Below, one piece after another: positions 56,405-64,000 of a stretch of DNA of 64,000 nt. The notes beneath the pieces were generated by a model. That model was not told the origin of the DNA. It worked only from the letters and a program-made list of their open reading frames with translations, and did not search any database. Position 1 is the stretch's first letter. Each line of letters starts with the position of its first letter. The translations under genes were made by a program, and so were the position numbers. Source of the stretch: Chrysomallon squamiferum (lineage: Eukaryota > Animalia > Mollusca); contig CM022675.1 of the NCBI GenBank assembly GCA_012295275.1, forward strand, positions 16,492,001-16,556,000, read 5' to 3'.

Positions 56405-56480
56405 TCTGGCCTTATTGGTGTTCTTATTGGTCCGTTTATCCGTTCAACCACTGCGTCACGACTGGTTTGGTCACAGCAGT
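56405..56480. promoter_or_regulatory. Candidate promoter elements upstream of AGPS: two inverted CCAAT boxes and a CRE-like TGCGTCA
   Basis: cttattggtgttcttattggt and ctgcgtcacg in CpG-retaining DNA about 350-400 nt before the AGPS ATG. Confidence 0.4.
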
Positions 56481-56821
56481 GTGAACAGTTTTGAAAACAA
56501 TATTTTATTTTTAATATATAGGAATACTTACGATACACATTCATAATATTTATTTTTTTTTTTTTTTTTTTTTTTTTACTTGTTATTTATTATTACTTTG
56601 AACGGCTGATTACATTTAATTTTTAATGTGTTTATTTGTATTTATTTATTTTATTTATGTTATCACAAAGCAAATAATAACTCCATAAGCTACCTTCGTA
56701 TTACAAGCGGATGTTGATGTTTAAACGCGCTGCTGTTTCTACTATCACAAGTTGACTGGTTTCCTGTCATATGTTATTAACAACAAAAGCGAAAAAATAA
56801 ACTTTGCTGTTATATTCTAAG

Positions 56822-63153
<6,332 letters not shown>

Positions 63154-63382
63154 TAGACTTGTATTTTTCTTAAGCCAAATTATTTTAGTGTTTTGAAGGA
63201 ACATGTGCACAAATTTGGGAGCTTATTCTAAAATATTTAATGTCCATTGTTTTAACTATGAAAAGTATACTGATACACATTTTTAAATAAAAGATTAACA
63301 ATACAGTGTGTTTTATTAATATTGGATGCAGTAAGTTTTCTTATTTGCATATATTTATTTATCTATTATTCTTAATCATGTA

Positions 63383-63980
63383 TATATTATATTATATTAT
63401 ATTATATTATATTATATTATATTATATTATATTATATTATATTATATTATATTATATTATATTATATTTCATTTCACTTTATTTTACTTTGTGTTTTATT
63501 TTATTTTACATTACTTTATTTTTTTATTGTTTTATTTAATTTTACTTTATTTTATTTTTAGTGTATTTTATTTTACTTTATTTTTATTTTTTATTTATTT
63601 ACATTACTTTTTTTTATTTCCTTTACATTATTTTAAGTTATTTTGTTTTATTTTTATTTTTTTTTTTGTTTTTTATTTTGTTTCTTTACTTTTGTTTGCT
63701 TTATTTTACTTTACTTTTGTTTTTTCATTTATTTTATTTTATTTTATTTTTAAAAAATTGTAAAATTATTTTATTTTACTTTATTTTAATTTTATTATAT
63801 TTCACTTTATTTTTGTTTTATTTTATTTTGTTTTACTTTAATTTACATTCTTTTTGTTTCATTTTGTTTTAATTTTATTTTATTTTAATTTATTTTTTAA
63901 TTTACTTTATTTTTACTTTACTTTTGTGTGTTTTATTTTTGTTTAGTTTACTTTACTTTATTTTATTTTACTTTAGTTTA
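63383..63980. repeat. (ATATT)n followed by (TTTTA)n-like low-complexity DNA
   Basis: Direct observation. Confidence 0.9.
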
Positions 63981-64000
63981 ATAAAACAGTATACAAATAA

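Overview
AT-rich, intron-rich animal genomic DNA; probably an invertebrate, possibly a lophotrochozoan such as a mollusc (inference only). Three genes can be built by hand from GT-AG exons with consistent phases. (1) On +, the 3' part of an AGAP1/AGAP3-like centaurin-gamma gene (GTPase-like domain, split PH, ArfGAP zinc finger, ankyrin repeats, C-terminal ...PASVI), 1613..43051, whose 5' end lies upstream of the window. (2) On -, an unrecognised single-pass membrane protein (TM exon 50724..50790, last exon 48929..50288) with a roughly 450-aa low-complexity cytoplasmic tail carrying six YxN motifs; its N-terminus is unresolved. (3) On +, the first 8 exons of peroxisomal alkylglycerone-phosphate synthase (AGPS, PTS2 signal), 56822 to beyond 63009. 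Introns hold many minisatellites and microsatellites. The most notable observations are a cluster of four mutually similar phase-0 exons plus a microexon in the AGAP linker, surrounded by TGCATG motifs; minisatellites seeded from exon/intron junctions, giving arrays of tandem splice acceptors (one in-frame, one stop-containing); and the LAT-like tyrosine-motif membrane protein. All calls are by eye; no database searches were run.
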